Positions 35,586 through 45,897 of a stretch of DNA of 64,000 nt are shown one piece after another. Position 1 is the first letter of the stretch, and every line of letters begins with the position of its first letter. Source of the stretch: Actinomycetes bacterium (GTDB taxonomy: Bacteria > Actinomycetota > JAICYB01); contig JAICYB010000010.1 in NCBI GenBank assembly GCA_025934435.1, forward strand, positions 404 to 64,403, written 5' to 3'. The notes beneath the pieces were generated by a model that saw nothing but the letters and a program-made list of their open reading frames with translations, was not told where the DNA came from and did no database searches. A program made the translations under genes and the position numbers.

Positions 35586-35613
35586 CTTAGCTTGCCTAAT
35601 TAGGTATGCTAAG
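35586..35613. promoter_or_regulatory. 28-bp imperfect palindrome overlapping the -10; probable MarR operator
   Basis: CTTAGCTTGCCTAA|TTAGGTATGCTAAG; contains TATGCT 7 nt before GTG 35618. Confidence 0.78.
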
Positions 35614-35617
35614 AATC

Positions 35618-36043
35618 GTGAAGACCACGACGCCGACCCTCGCCTCGCACCTTCGGGTCGCCGTCGCGCGTCTGGCCCGCCAGCTCCGCCATCAGGGGGC
35701 CTCCGAGGACGCTACCCCGTCCCAGCTCGCGGCACTCGCGACCTTGTACCACCGCGTGCACCTGACGCTCGGCGAGCTCGCGGCCATCGAACGCGTGAAG
35801 CCCCCCACGATGACCCGGATCGTCGCCGGACTCGAAGAGAAGGGCCTCGTCCGGCGGGAACACTCGTCCACCGACGGGCGCCTGATCAACGTCGTCATCA
35901 ACGACGACGGGCGGACGTACCACGAGCAATACCAGCAGCGTCGCGACGCATGGCTCGCGCGGAAGCTCACCGACCTCACGAAAGACGAGCGCGAAACGCT
36001 CGGCCGAGCCGCCGAGATCTTCGACCGTCTGGTGGAGGGCTGA
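35618..36043 (+). CDS. MarR-family transcriptional regulator
   Basis: TLGELAAIERVKPPTMTRIVAGLEEKGLVRR...DGR. Confidence 0.92.
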   Translation: MKTTTPTLASHLRVAVARLARQLRHQGASEDATPSQLAALATLYHRVHLTLGELAAIERVKPPTMTRIVAGLEEKGLVRREHSSTDGRLINVVINDDGRTYHEQYQQRRDAWLARKLTDLTKDERETLGRAAEIFDRLVEG

Positions 36044-37308
36044 TGAAAGGCATCTTCCGGTCCCTCAAGACGCGGAACTACCGGCTGTACTTCTTCGGGC
36101 AGGTCGTGTCGCTGATCGGCACGTGGATGCAGATCATCGCCAACACGTGGCTCGTCCTCCAGCTCACAGGAAGCGGCACGCAGGTCGGCCTCGCGTCCGC
36201 GCTGCAGTTCGGACCGATGCTGCTCGGATCGTTCTGGGGCGGCCTCGTCGCCGACCGGATCCCGAAGCGCCGGCTGCTGATCATCACCCAGTCGCTCTTC
36301 CTTCTTCAGGCCTGCGCGGTCGGAACGCTTGTTGCGACGGGCGTGCTCCGGCTGTGGATGCTCTACTCGCTGATCGTTGCCTACGGCATCGTCCAGATCT
36401 TCGATGTGCCGGCCCGTCAGGCATTCGTGTCGGAGATGGTCGCGCAGGACGACGTCATGAACGCCGTGGGCCTCAACAGCGCGGTGTTCAACGGCGCACG
36501 CCTCATCGGGCCCACGCTCGCCGCGATCCTCATCAAGGAAGTCTCGATGGCAACAGCGTTCTTCGTGAACGCCGGGACCTACTTCGCCGTCCTCGTCGCG
36601 CTCCTGTTGATGCGCGAACGCGATCTCTTCTCGCATCAGGCCCGGGCGCCCCACGGACGCGGCCAGATCCGCGCGGCCCTGCAGTACGTCCGCGAGACGC
36701 CGGTATTGCTGTGGTCGCTCGTGATGATGGCCGTCGCGGGAACGCTCTCCTTGAACTTCCAGATCATCGTCCCGCTGCTCACGAAGTTCACGTTCCACCG
36801 TGACATCACGACGTTCGGACTGTTCACCGCGACGATGGGGATCGGCTCGTTCATCGGAGCGATGTATGCGGCATCGCGGAAGATCCCTTCGCTCAAGCTG
36901 CTGACCATCTCGTGCGCGGGTTTCGGCGCAACGATGATCGGCGTCGCACTGACCCCGACGATGAGCGAGTCCTACGTCTCGCTTGCCCTCGTCGGGCTCG
37001 CGGCGATGATCTTCATCTCCACGTCGAACACGGTGCTGCAGCTGCGCGCGGCACCGGAGATGCGGGGTCGCGTCCTGGCGCTTTGGTCGCTCGTCTTCCT
37101 CGGCTCAACGCCGATCGGGGGTCCGTTCATCGGATGGGTCTCGCAGCACTGGTCGCCGCGCGTCGGGTTCATGGTCGGCGGCGTCCCGACGCTCGCCGTC
37201 GCGCTCATCCTCGGCCCCCTGCTGCTCCGTCGTGAGCGCGCGGAAACGGCCAAGCAGGCGGAGATCGAACCGGCCGAAGCCGAGCTCGAAGCCGTCGCGA
37301 CCGAGTAG
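36043..37308 (+). CDS. MFS transporter (MFS_3/EntS-like)
   Basis: RNYRLYFFGQVVSLIGTWMQ, GLVADRIPKR, MRGRVLAL; TGATG coupling to marR. Confidence 0.9.
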   Translation: MKGIFRSLKTRNYRLYFFGQVVSLIGTWMQIIANTWLVLQLTGSGTQVGLASALQFGPMLLGSFWGGLVADRIPKRRLLIITQSLFLLQACAVGTLVATGVLRLWMLYSLIVAYGIVQIFDVPARQAFVSEMVAQDDVMNAVGLNSAVFNGARLIGPTLAAILIKEVSMATAFFVNAGTYFAVLVALLLMRERDLFSHQARAPHGRGQIRAALQYVRETPVLLWSLVMMAVAGTLSLNFQIIVPLLTKFTFHRDITTFGLFTATMGIGSFIGAMYAASRKIPSLKLLTISCAGFGATMIGVALTPTMSESYVSLALVGLAAMIFISTSNTVLQLRAAPEMRGRVLALWSLVFLGSTPIGGPFIGWVSQHWSPRVGFMVGGVPTLAVALILGPLLLRRERAETAKQAEIEPAEAELEAVATE

Positions 37309-37326
37309 GTACGGCAAGATAGACGC

Positions 37327-37977
37327 ATGACATCCGACGCCGTTTACGCCTATTACCCCGTCTTCAAGCGCATCGAGCCGGTGACCGGCGATCCGTCCGA
37401 GGTCGCGAACCTCTTCGAGAAGTTCGCCGACCGCGTGAAGGTGCGCGCGACGTATTCGTCGACGGGCTTCCGCCCGGACGCCGATCTCATGTTTTGGTGG
37501 CTCGCCGACTCGGCGGACGACGCGCAGGAGCTCCTCGTCGAGTTCCGGCGCACCGAGATCGGACGTTCGCTCGAGCTCACGCACTCCTTCCTCGGAGTGA
37601 CTCGTCCGGCGGAGTTCAATCCCGACCACCTTCCGGGCTTCCTCAAAGGGACGCCGCCGATGCGGTACATGACCGTCTATCCGTTCGTCCGCACCGAAGA
37701 GTGGTACCTCATGCCCGCGGACGAGCGCGGCAAGCTGCTCCGCGACCACGGCGGGATGGGACGCGAGTTCCCGGAAGTCTCGCCGAACACGACCAGCGCG
37801 TTCGGTCTCGGCGACTGGGAATGGATCCTCGCCTTCGAAGCCGACGACCTCACGAGGATCGTCGACTGCATCCGCCGCCTACGCGAAGCGGAAGCGCGCC
37901 GCTACACGAAGCTCGACATCCCCTTCGTCCTCGGTATCCGAACCGAGCTGGACGAAGCGATCCGCAACTTGAGTTAG
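37327..37977 (+). CDS. chdC: Coproheme decarboxylase ChdC (HemQ), actinobacterial type
   Basis: GFRPDADLMFWW, PAEFNPDHLPGF, YPFVRTEEWYLM...DHG, AFGLGDWEW. Confidence 0.9.
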   Translation: MTSDAVYAYYPVFKRIEPVTGDPSEVANLFEKFADRVKVRATYSSTGFRPDADLMFWWLADSADDAQELLVEFRRTEIGRSLELTHSFLGVTRPAEFNPDHLPGFLKGTPPMRYMTVYPFVRTEEWYLMPADERGKLLRDHGGMGREFPEVSPNTTSAFGLGDWEWILAFEADDLTRIVDCIRRLREAEARRYTKLDIPFVLGIRTELDEAIRNLS

Positions 37978-37987
37978 CGCGCCTCCA

Positions 37988-40288
37988 CTATGGAGTCGCG
38001 TCGCTCGGCCTGGCGTCGTCGGGGGCAGGCGCCGGCGTCGCAGCAACCGGTTCCGGCACATGCGGGGTCGGCGGCCCCGACGCGGCCTGCGTCTCGACGA
38101 GCTCCTCCGTGCGCTGACGCTTGCTCAAGGTGATCGCGATGACGATCCCCGCGAGGGAGATGCCCGCCGCGAGGAACCGGACGCTCGGCGTATGCGAGTA
38201 CGTGACGATCTGCGTACCGATCAGCAACGCCACGAGGTTCATGACCTTGATCAGCGGGTTCAGGGCCGGACCGGCGGTGTCCTTGAACGGGTCGCCGACG
38301 GTGTCGCCGATGACACCGGCTTTGTGCGACTCGGACCCCTTGCCACCGTAGGCGCCTTCCTCGATGAGCTTCTTCGCGTTGTCCCACGCGCCGCCGGAGT
38401 TCGACAGCATGACCGCGAGCAGCTGGCCGGAGACGATGACGCCGCCTAGGTAGGCGCCGAGCGGAGCGACGCCGAGGCCGAAGCCGACCGCGACCGGTGT
38501 GAGCACCGCGATCAGGCCCGGCGTGATGAGCTCACGGAGCGAGTCGCGCGTCACGATGTCGACGACGCGCCCGTACTCAGGCTTTTCCGTCCCCTCCATG
38601 ATCCCGGGGTGATCGCGGAACTGACGTCGCACCTCCATGACGACGCGCGACGCCGCGCGTTCGACCGCGCGGATCAGCAGCGACGAGAACATGAACGGCA
38701 CCGCGCCGCCGATCAACAGACCGACGAGGACCAGCGGGTTGTCGATCCCGATGTTGAAGGGCTTGTGCGTCAGCGAAGTGACCGCGTCGTGGAAGGAGCC
38801 GAACAGTGACGTGGCGGCGATGACCGCCGTCGCGATCGCCATGCCCTTCGTGATCGCTTTCGTCGTGTTGCCGACGGCGTCGAGGCTCTCGATCGCCTCG
38901 CTGCCCTTCTCGCCGAGCCCGCCGGACATCTCGCCGATGCCCTGCGCGTTGTCCGCGATCGGGCCGAAGGTGTCCATCGACACGATGACGCCGACCGTCG
39001 TGAGCATGCCCATGCCGAGCAGCGAGATCGCGTAGAGCGCGTACTCGAGGTTGCCGTGGCCGAGATAGAACGCGGCGGCGATGGCGGCGCCCACGATGAG
39101 GATCGCGTACACGGTCGACTCGAGACCCGTCGAGAAACCGGACAGGATCGTCGTCGCCGGCCCGGTGACGGTGGCAGCCGCGATGTCCTTCACCGGCCTG
39201 CGCTTCGTCGACGTGAAGTGCTCGGTCAGGAGTTGGATGCCCGCGGCGAGCAGCAATCCGAACACGACGGCCCATCCAAGGCGAAGGTCCTTCGCGTACG
39301 TCTTCGCGAGCAGCAGGACGGCGATCCCCGACAGGATCGCCGAAAGGAAGAAACCGCGGTTGATGGCCTTCATGCCGCCCTCGTCCTCCGAGCGAGGACG
39401 GATCCCCATGATCCCGAAGATCGATGTGATGACGCCGATCGCGCGGACGAACAACGGGAACATGACGCCGACCGCCGCTTTGCGCGGGTCGTGCGCACCG
39501 CCGAAGGCGAAGAAGCCCAGGATCATCGCCGCGACGAGCGTGACTTCGTAGGACTCGAAGAGGTCGGCCGCCATACCGGCGCAGTCGCCGACGTTGTCGC
39601 CAACGTTGTCGGCGATGACGGCGGCGTTGCGGGGGTCGTCCTCCGGGATACCGGCCTCGACCTTGCCGACGAGGTCGGCACCGACGTCGGCGGCCTTGGT
39701 GTAGATACCGCCGCCGACACGCATGAACATCGCGAGGAGCGCGCCGCCGAAACCGAATCCGACGAGGATCTGCGTGGCGTCACCCTTGAAGCCGATGAAG
39801 ATCAACGTTGCGCCGAGGAGGCCGAGTCCCACCGTGAACATCCCGGCGACGCCGCCGGACCGGATCGCGATCTCCATCGCACGGCGGTAGCTCGTGCGAG
39901 CCGCGGCGGCGCTGCGTACGTTCGCGCGGACGGCGAGCGACATCCCGATATATCCCGTTATCGCCGAGAAGGACGCACCCACGACGAACGCGATCGAACG
40001 AGCGATGCGGATCTTCCAATCGGGGGCCGGAAGTCCGAGGAGCACGAACATCAGCACCGCGACGAAGACGACGAGTGTTCGGAACTGCCTTCCGAGATAG
40101 GCGGAGGCTCCCTCCTGGATCGCCTTCGCGACCTCGCGCATCGCGGGCGTGCCTTCGTCCTGCGAGAGCACCGTGCGCACGAGGTATCCGGCGAAGAGCA
40201 ACGCCACGATCGAGAGCCCGAGGATCACCCAGAGCGACGTCGCGTCGAAGTGGGTGATGCTGATGTTCAGGTGTCTTGCTTCCGGCAC
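37988..40288 (-). CDS. hppA: Membrane-bound proton-translocating pyrophosphatase, predicted K+-independent
   Basis: DVGADLVGKVEAGIPEDDPRN, DNVGDNVGD, GNTTK (Lys at the K+-dependence position), GDTVGDPFKDTAGP. Confidence 0.95.
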   Translation of the reverse strand: MPEARHLNISITHFDATSLWVILGLSIVALLFAGYLVRTVLSQDEGTPAMREVAKAIQEGASAYLGRQFRTLVVFVAVLMFVLLGLPAPDWKIRIARSIAFVVGASFSAITGYIGMSLAVRANVRSAAAARTSYRRAMEIAIRSGGVAGMFTVGLGLLGATLIFIGFKGDATQILVGFGFGGALLAMFMRVGGGIYTKAADVGADLVGKVEAGIPEDDPRNAAVIADNVGDNVGDCAGMAADLFESYEVTLVAAMILGFFAFGGAHDPRKAAVGVMFPLFVRAIGVITSIFGIMGIRPRSEDEGGMKAINRGFFLSAILSGIAVLLLAKTYAKDLRLGWAVVFGLLLAAGIQLLTEHFTSTKRRPVKDIAAATVTGPATTILSGFSTGLESTVYAILIVGAAIAAAFYLGHGNLEYALYAISLLGMGMLTTVGVIVSMDTFGPIADNAQGIGEMSGGLGEKGSEAIESLDAVGNTTKAITKGMAIATAVIAATSLFGSFHDAVTSLTHKPFNIGIDNPLVLVGLLIGGAVPFMFSSLLIRAVERAASRVVMEVRRQFRDHPGIMEGTEKPEYGRVVDIVTRDSLRELITPGLIAVLTPVAVGFGLGVAPLGAYLGGVIVSGQLLAVMLSNSGGAWDNAKKLIEEGAYGGKGSESHKAGVIGDTVGDPFKDTAGPALNPLIKVMNLVALLIGTQIVTYSHTPSVRFLAAGISLAGIVIAITLSKRQRTEELVETQAASGPPTPHVPEPVAATPAPAPDDARPSDATP

Positions 40289-40491
40289 TCGTCAATCCTT
40301 TCCTTCAAACGGATGGGACCGGCCCCACCCCTGCGGGACCGGTCCCGGATTGTACCGTTTGCGACGGCTCGCGGCCTACGAGGTCGCCACTTTCCGGCCC
40401 CCGAGGAGCAACGCGCCGGCGGCGAGGAGCGCGAGTCCGATGGCGATCATCGTGACGATCTACACGAACGGTGCTTGTGGGGAGAAAGTTC

Positions 40492-41046
40492 TCAGGAGAG
40501 CCAGACGGTCTTTTCTGAGGCCGTCGCTCGCGGCGTCACCGCACGGTCGCCCGCGGGGTAGCCGAGGTAGACGAAGCCGACAACGGATTCGTCCGGCGCC
40601 AGACCGAGCTCCGTACGTATCGATGGGTGATACGCGGCGGGACCCGTCCGCAGCATCGCTCCGAGTCCTTTGGCGTGCGCCGCGAGAAGGAAGTTCTCGA
40701 CGGCCATCGCGACCGAGGCGAACTCCTCCTGCTCGACGACACCCGGCTCCGTCGACGGAAGGCACGTGAACACGACGATGACCGGCGCGCGCGAGACCTT
40801 CTTCTCGCCGTCGGCCCGCGCGTCGTCCGGCTCCATGCCCGACTCCGTCGCGGCCGCCGCGATCGCATTCGCGACTCGCCGTTTGGCGTCGCCCGTGAGC
40901 ACGTAGAAACGCCACGGCTCCGTGAGGTGATGCGACGGTGCGCGCGCCGCGGCTTCGAGCAACTCCTCGATCTCCGCCTTCGAAGGAGGTTCGTCCGACA
41001 CTTTCGGACGCATCACTCGCGTGCGTATCGCGTCGAGCACGTCCAT
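40492..41046 (-). CDS. Nitroreductase family protein (YdjA-like)
   Basis: AARAPSHHLTEPWRF, AVENFLLAAHAKGLG, GFVYLG. Confidence 0.9.
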   Translation of the reverse strand: MDVLDAIRTRVMRPKVSDEPPSKAEIEELLEAAARAPSHHLTEPWRFYVLTGDAKRRVANAIAAAATESGMEPDDARADGEKKVSRAPVIVVFTCLPSTEPGVVEQEEFASVAMAVENFLLAAHAKGLGAMLRTGPAAYHPSIRTELGLAPDESVVGFVYLGYPAGDRAVTPRATASEKTVWLS

Positions 41047-41050
41047 CGCG

Positions 41051-43852
41051 TTACGGCGTTGAGGCTTGCTGCGCCTTCTGGACGTCCGCCTGACCCGCTT
41101 CGTTCTCCTTCTGGTACGTCGCGAGGTCACCGTTCTTGAGAGCGTTGTCGGCGTTGTTGAAGTGCGACAGCGCGGACTGCAAGAGGCTCGAGACGTTCGA
41201 CGAACTCGTCGACGGAGCGGACGGCTGCGAAGGCGTCGCCGTCGGCTGCTGGAGCTGTGGAACCGTGCCGTTCACGACGTCGCCCAACGACTGCGCGAAC
41301 GTCGGCTCGAAGCCGATGCTGCCGTTGCCGACGACGGTGATGACGCGGCGCAGCTCGGGCAGTGCGTGCGACTCCTCCTGCGCCGCGAGGTAGATCGGCT
41401 CGACGTAGAGCAAGGTGTGGCCGATCGGGATCACGAGGATGTTCCCGTGGATCACGGTCGAGCCGGCCTGATCCCAGAGGGTGAACTGCTGCGAGATCTG
41501 ATCGTTCTGGTTGATGCGCGCGGAGATGTTCTCCGGGCCCTCGATCTGCGCGCCGCGCGGGAACGAGAAAGCGACCATCTGTCCGTAATGTCCGGGGTCC
41601 ATGCGCGCGGCCATCCACCCGTTGAGGTTCGGCTTCCCGGTCGGCGTGAACGGCAACATGAGGACGAATTCCTCTTTCGTCTCGCCGGGAAGCTTCATGA
41701 TCACGTAGTACGGGACCATCCGGATCGACGTGTTGCCGGTCGACTTCACGGGATCGTTCGCAACGTCCCAGATGTCTTCGCGTGAGTAGAGGCGCTGCGG
41801 ATCGAGGATGTGATACGCGCGGTACTGCAGTGCCTGCACAGTGAAGAGATCCTCGGGGTAGCGCAGGTGCGCCGCGATGTCCGACGGCATCTTGCTCGTC
41901 GGCGTGAACAGCTGCGGGAACGTCTTCTGGTACGTCTCGATCATCGGATCGGTCGGGTCGATCACGTAGAACTTCGTCGTGCCGTTGTAGGCATCGATGA
42001 CGACCTTCACCGAGTTCCGCATGTAGTTCGCGACGCCGCCGAGATTCCCGATCCCTTGCGCGCCAAGATCCATGCGCTGGGAGTACGGATACCGATCCGT
42101 CATCGTGTACCCGTCCATGATCCAGTACATCTTTCCGCCGCTCTCGACGAGATACGGATCCGAGTCGTACTGCAGGAAGGGCGCAGCGGCTTGCACGCGC
42201 TCGACGATGTTCCGGCGCATCATGATCCGCGACTTCGGCGTGATGAAGCTCGACACGAGCAGGTCGGTGTCGCCGAACCGGACCGCGAACGCGAGCCGTC
42301 GCGCCATGTTCGACAGCGCGATCCCGCCGTTGCCGTTGTAGTTCGTCGTGATGACCTGCTGCTCACCCTTCGGGTAATCGATCTCCGGCTGTTTGGTCTT
42401 CGTGACGACGTACGAACCGGCGCTGAGTTCCTCGCCGTAATAGAGCCCCGGCTGCTTCGCGCCGAGCTCTTTCGGCCCGTTCGGCGGAAGATCTTGAACG
42501 AGGAAGTTCGGCAACCCTTCCGACGTCTGCGCGTTGGCCGGGTTCGCGACGAAGCCGTAACCGTGGGTGTACGTCAGCCGCGTGTTGACCCAGTTCCGGC
42601 TGCCGGGATCGAGCTTCGTCGCGTCGACCTCGCGCCCGGACAACATGACCTGCGTCGGCTGGCCGTTGATCTTGTACCGGTCGATGTCGACGTCGTTGAA
42701 CGTGTAGTACGAACGGATCGCCTGCAGTCGTTGGTACGTCGGGAGCAGCACCGTCGGGTCCCAGACGCGGACGTTCCGGATCGTCCCCTGGTTCGCCGCG
42801 ACCGTGCTCGCGGGCAGCGTGTTCTGCGGAGTGAACGTCTTCACGTTGATCTTGTTCAGATCGAACGCATCACGGGTCGCGGTGATATTTCGCGCGATGT
42901 ACGGACGTTCCTTCTGCGACTCGTTCGGCTTCACCTCGAAACGCTGGACGGCCGCCGGCACGATCCCACCGAGCAGGATCGAGACGAACAACCAGAGGCC
43001 GATCGCCGCGCCGGGCAGGATCCATCCCCGGAAGCGGAAGACATTGACGAAGAAGATCACCGCCGCGACGACGGCGATGATGATCAGCAGCTGGAGCGCT
43101 CTCCGCTGTACGTGCACATCGGTATAGGACGCACCCGTCCCCACGCCGCGCGACGAGAAGACGAGGTCGTACGCGTCGAGCCGGTAGGCCCACGCCTTCA
43201 CGAGTGCGATGAGGCCGAAGAGGACCGACAGATGCGCTTTGACGATCGTCGCCACGCGGACGCGGTTCGTCTCCGGCTGGATCGACCCGTTGAACAGATG
43301 CGCGACGCCCGCGAGCAGCGCCGACACGACGAGTATCCCGAACAGCCAGGACAGGACGGACCTCTGGAACGGGATGCTGAACACGTAGAAGGCGATGTCG
43401 TGTCCGAAGGGCTTCGGCGCTTGCCGTCCGAACGGCACCGCGTTCTTCCAGAGCAGGTACCGCTGCCACGTCGCCGACGTCGAAAGGCCGGTGAAGAAGG
43501 CGACCACGGCGGCCATCACGATGTTCGCGAGACGCGCATACGGACGGAACGCAGACCGGTACTGCTCGGTCAGGTCTTGTCCGGCGGTCACGAAGCGGTA
43601 CCGCGGAGCCGCGCGTCGCGCGACCTCGAGGTTCGCGAAGATCATGATCCCGGCGAGGACGCCGCCGATCACGCCGATGCCCACGCGCGTCCAAACGATC
43701 TTCCAGAAGACCTTCGCGAAGCCGAGCTCGTGGAACCACAGCAGATCCGTGTAGAAGCGGACGATCGAGCTGATCGAGATGAATGCGATCAGGATGATCG
43801 CGCCGACGATGATCCAACGGCGACGGATGCGCGGTCGCTGCGCCGGCCTCAT
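41051..43852 (-). CDS. UPF0182 family membrane protein
   Basis: FYTDLLWF, GASYTDV, YTHGYG, DSDPY, NYMRNSVK, HLRYPEDLF, LLYVEPIY. Confidence 0.95.
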   Translation of the reverse strand: MRPAQRPRIRRRWIIVGAIILIAFISISSIVRFYTDLLWFHELGFAKVFWKIVWTRVGIGVIGGVLAGIMIFANLEVARRAAPRYRFVTAGQDLTEQYRSAFRPYARLANIVMAAVVAFFTGLSTSATWQRYLLWKNAVPFGRQAPKPFGHDIAFYVFSIPFQRSVLSWLFGILVVSALLAGVAHLFNGSIQPETNRVRVATIVKAHLSVLFGLIALVKAWAYRLDAYDLVFSSRGVGTGASYTDVHVQRRALQLLIIIAVVAAVIFFVNVFRFRGWILPGAAIGLWLFVSILLGGIVPAAVQRFEVKPNESQKERPYIARNITATRDAFDLNKINVKTFTPQNTLPASTVAANQGTIRNVRVWDPTVLLPTYQRLQAIRSYYTFNDVDIDRYKINGQPTQVMLSGREVDATKLDPGSRNWVNTRLTYTHGYGFVANPANAQTSEGLPNFLVQDLPPNGPKELGAKQPGLYYGEELSAGSYVVTKTKQPEIDYPKGEQQVITTNYNGNGGIALSNMARRLAFAVRFGDTDLLVSSFITPKSRIMMRRNIVERVQAAAPFLQYDSDPYLVESGGKMYWIMDGYTMTDRYPYSQRMDLGAQGIGNLGGVANYMRNSVKVVIDAYNGTTKFYVIDPTDPMIETYQKTFPQLFTPTSKMPSDIAAHLRYPEDLFTVQALQYRAYHILDPQRLYSREDIWDVANDPVKSTGNTSIRMVPYYVIMKLPGETKEEFVLMLPFTPTGKPNLNGWMAARMDPGHYGQMVAFSFPRGAQIEGPENISARINQNDQISQQFTLWDQAGSTVIHGNILVIPIGHTLLYVEPIYLAAQEESHALPELRRVITVVGNGSIGFEPTFAQSLGDVVNGTVPQLQQPTATPSQPSAPSTSSSNVSSLLQSALSHFNNADNALKNGDLATYQKENEAGQADVQKAQQASTP

Positions 43853-45897
43853 CGGGCCTTCGACTTCGATGCTTTACGTGACCGCTGGGCTTTGGCCGAC
43901 ATCCGCGACACTGTACCCGTTGGCAGGGTGAACGCCGACGTCGTGCCGCCCTTGCTCCCGCTCGATAGCTCCAGCCGGCTGTTGTGTATCTTGAGAACCC
44001 CGCGCACGTAGTTCAACCCGAGACCGAGCCCGCCGAAGCGGCGCGTGTCCCCCGAATCGATCTGCTCGAACGCGCCGCCGAGCTCCGCGAGCCGCGCCGG
44101 ATCGATCCCCTGACCTTGATCACGCACGGAGAACGTCACGCCGCCGTCTCCGGTTTCCGCGGCGACCGTGACAGCGCTTCCGTCGGGTGAGAACTTGATC
44201 GCGTTGTCGACGAGCTCGTCGAGAACGCGCCCGATCGCGACCGGGTCGGCTTTCACGTCAGTCGCGCCGTCGAGCTCCGTCCGGATCGGATGGTCGGACG
44301 ACACTTGCTCCCAACGCGCGGCGACATCGCGCACGAGATCGTTCGCCGCAACGTCGTCGATGTTCACGTGGTACCGGTTCGCCTCCATCGCGGCGACATC
44401 GACGAGGAGGCTGACGATCCGCTCGAGCCGCTGCGCCGCCTGGCCGATCTCGTCGAGATACCCGCTCGCACGTCGAGCGGGGACCCGTCCACGCCGGAGG
44501 ATCTCGGTGTATCCGCGGATCGGCGTCAGTGGTGTGCGCAGCTCGTGCGACACGCTCGCGAGGAAGTCCGTCTTCAAGCGTTCGCTCTGCTCGACGAGAT
44601 CGAGCATCGGACGTGTGATCCGCGCACTCAGCCAGAGCGCGACGACGACGGCGAGCAGCGCCGCGGCGAGCAGAGCGATGAGGAAGGAACGGACCAGCGT
44701 CCGCGTCGCGTCGACGACGCGCGCCGCAGGCAACGCGATCATCATGTCGACACCGGGTGAGCCGTCGATCGGTGTGATGACGGCGGGCCAGTCTCCCGTG
44801 GGCGTCGAGATCGTCCGGAAGCTCGTCCCGGCGGCGCCGGCGACGGCCCGCGTGATGTCCTTCGACGAGATCGTCGAGACGCTGCCGACGCCGGCCTGCC
44901 CCAGGGCCACTTCGGCTTCCGGAGTGACCGCAACGACCATCTGCTGGATCTCACCGATCGTCAGTGGATGCGCGAACGCGATCACGCCGAGCACGTCCGA
45001 ACCGGACCTCGATCCTCCGGGACGGAACACCGGTGCCGTACCCACGATGCCGAGCCCGTCCGCGCCCGCCGCGTGCGACACGCGATAGCCCGTCCCGGCG
45101 TTGCCGCCCGTGGCCGCGCGGAACGCGTCCATCCTCGGGATCGTCGTCACGGCATACGGGATGGAACCGTCGTTCAACCCGGCTACCGCTTTCCCCTTCG
45201 GATCGAAGGTGGCCGCGAACTCTCCGCTGCGCAGCGGGGCGCCTCGCAGAGATGTTCGGTCCGAGAACTTCGGCGCCGTCTGGGGAGAGAACGCTGCCGC
45301 GCGTGTCGCGAGATCCGTCGCGGTCGCCGCGAGTTGTTGGCGCACAACGGCTGCGGTCGGGCCGAGCTTGCCGTACTCCTCGTCGCGTTTCTCGACCGCG
45401 GCGACACGCGACACCGACCCACCGGTGACGATCACCGCGACACCGAGCACCAGCACGAACGAAACGAGGAGTCGCAAACGAACCGACGGACGGGTCACGA
45501 ACCACGTCCACCAGAGCAGCGCGATCGCGCCGACCGCATTCATCACGTGCGGACCGATGGTCAGCTGCGCCGCGGATCCGCCGGACACCGCGCCCCAGAT
45601 CGCACCGCCGAGCAAGAGTGCGAGCCCCGCGAGAAACGGTTCGCGACGCACACGGATGTCGTACGCACCTGCGGCGATCAGTGCGACACCGACCAAACGC
45701 AAAACGATGAGCGCCGTGTCGTCGTCGCCCGCCAGGAACGAACCTGCGTGCAACGCTTGCGCAACCGCGAAGACCGCCGCGCCACCGGCCGCGATCCACC
45801 GTTTCTCGTAGATCGCCCACGCGCAGACGAGTCCCGTCGCGACGACGCTCAGGATCTCGAGCGTGAAATGCGCCGGGACGGTTATCGTCGGATCCAT
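43849..45897 (-). CDS. Multi-TM sensor histidine kinase (no adjacent response regulator)
   Basis: SHELRTPLT, LVDNAIKFS, DQGQGI, GLGLGL; TGATG and ATGA overlaps with both neighbours. Confidence 0.9.
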   Translation of the reverse strand: MDPTITVPAHFTLEILSVVATGLVCAWAIYEKRWIAAGGAAVFAVAQALHAGSFLAGDDDTALIVLRLVGVALIAAGAYDIRVRREPFLAGLALLLGGAIWGAVSGGSAAQLTIGPHVMNAVGAIALLWWTWFVTRPSVRLRLLVSFVLVLGVAVIVTGGSVSRVAAVEKRDEEYGKLGPTAAVVRQQLAATATDLATRAAAFSPQTAPKFSDRTSLRGAPLRSGEFAATFDPKGKAVAGLNDGSIPYAVTTIPRMDAFRAATGGNAGTGYRVSHAAGADGLGIVGTAPVFRPGGSRSGSDVLGVIAFAHPLTIGEIQQMVVAVTPEAEVALGQAGVGSVSTISSKDITRAVAGAAGTSFRTISTPTGDWPAVITPIDGSPGVDMMIALPAARVVDATRTLVRSFLIALLAAALLAVVVALWLSARITRPMLDLVEQSERLKTDFLASVSHELRTPLTPIRGYTEILRRGRVPARRASGYLDEIGQAAQRLERIVSLLVDVAAMEANRYHVNIDDVAANDLVRDVAARWEQVSSDHPIRTELDGATDVKADPVAIGRVLDELVDNAIKFSPDGSAVTVAAETGDGGVTFSVRDQGQGIDPARLAELGGAFEQIDSGDTRRFGGLGLGLNYVRGVLKIHNSRLELSSGSKGGTTSAFTLPTGTVSRMSAKAQRSRKASKSKAR

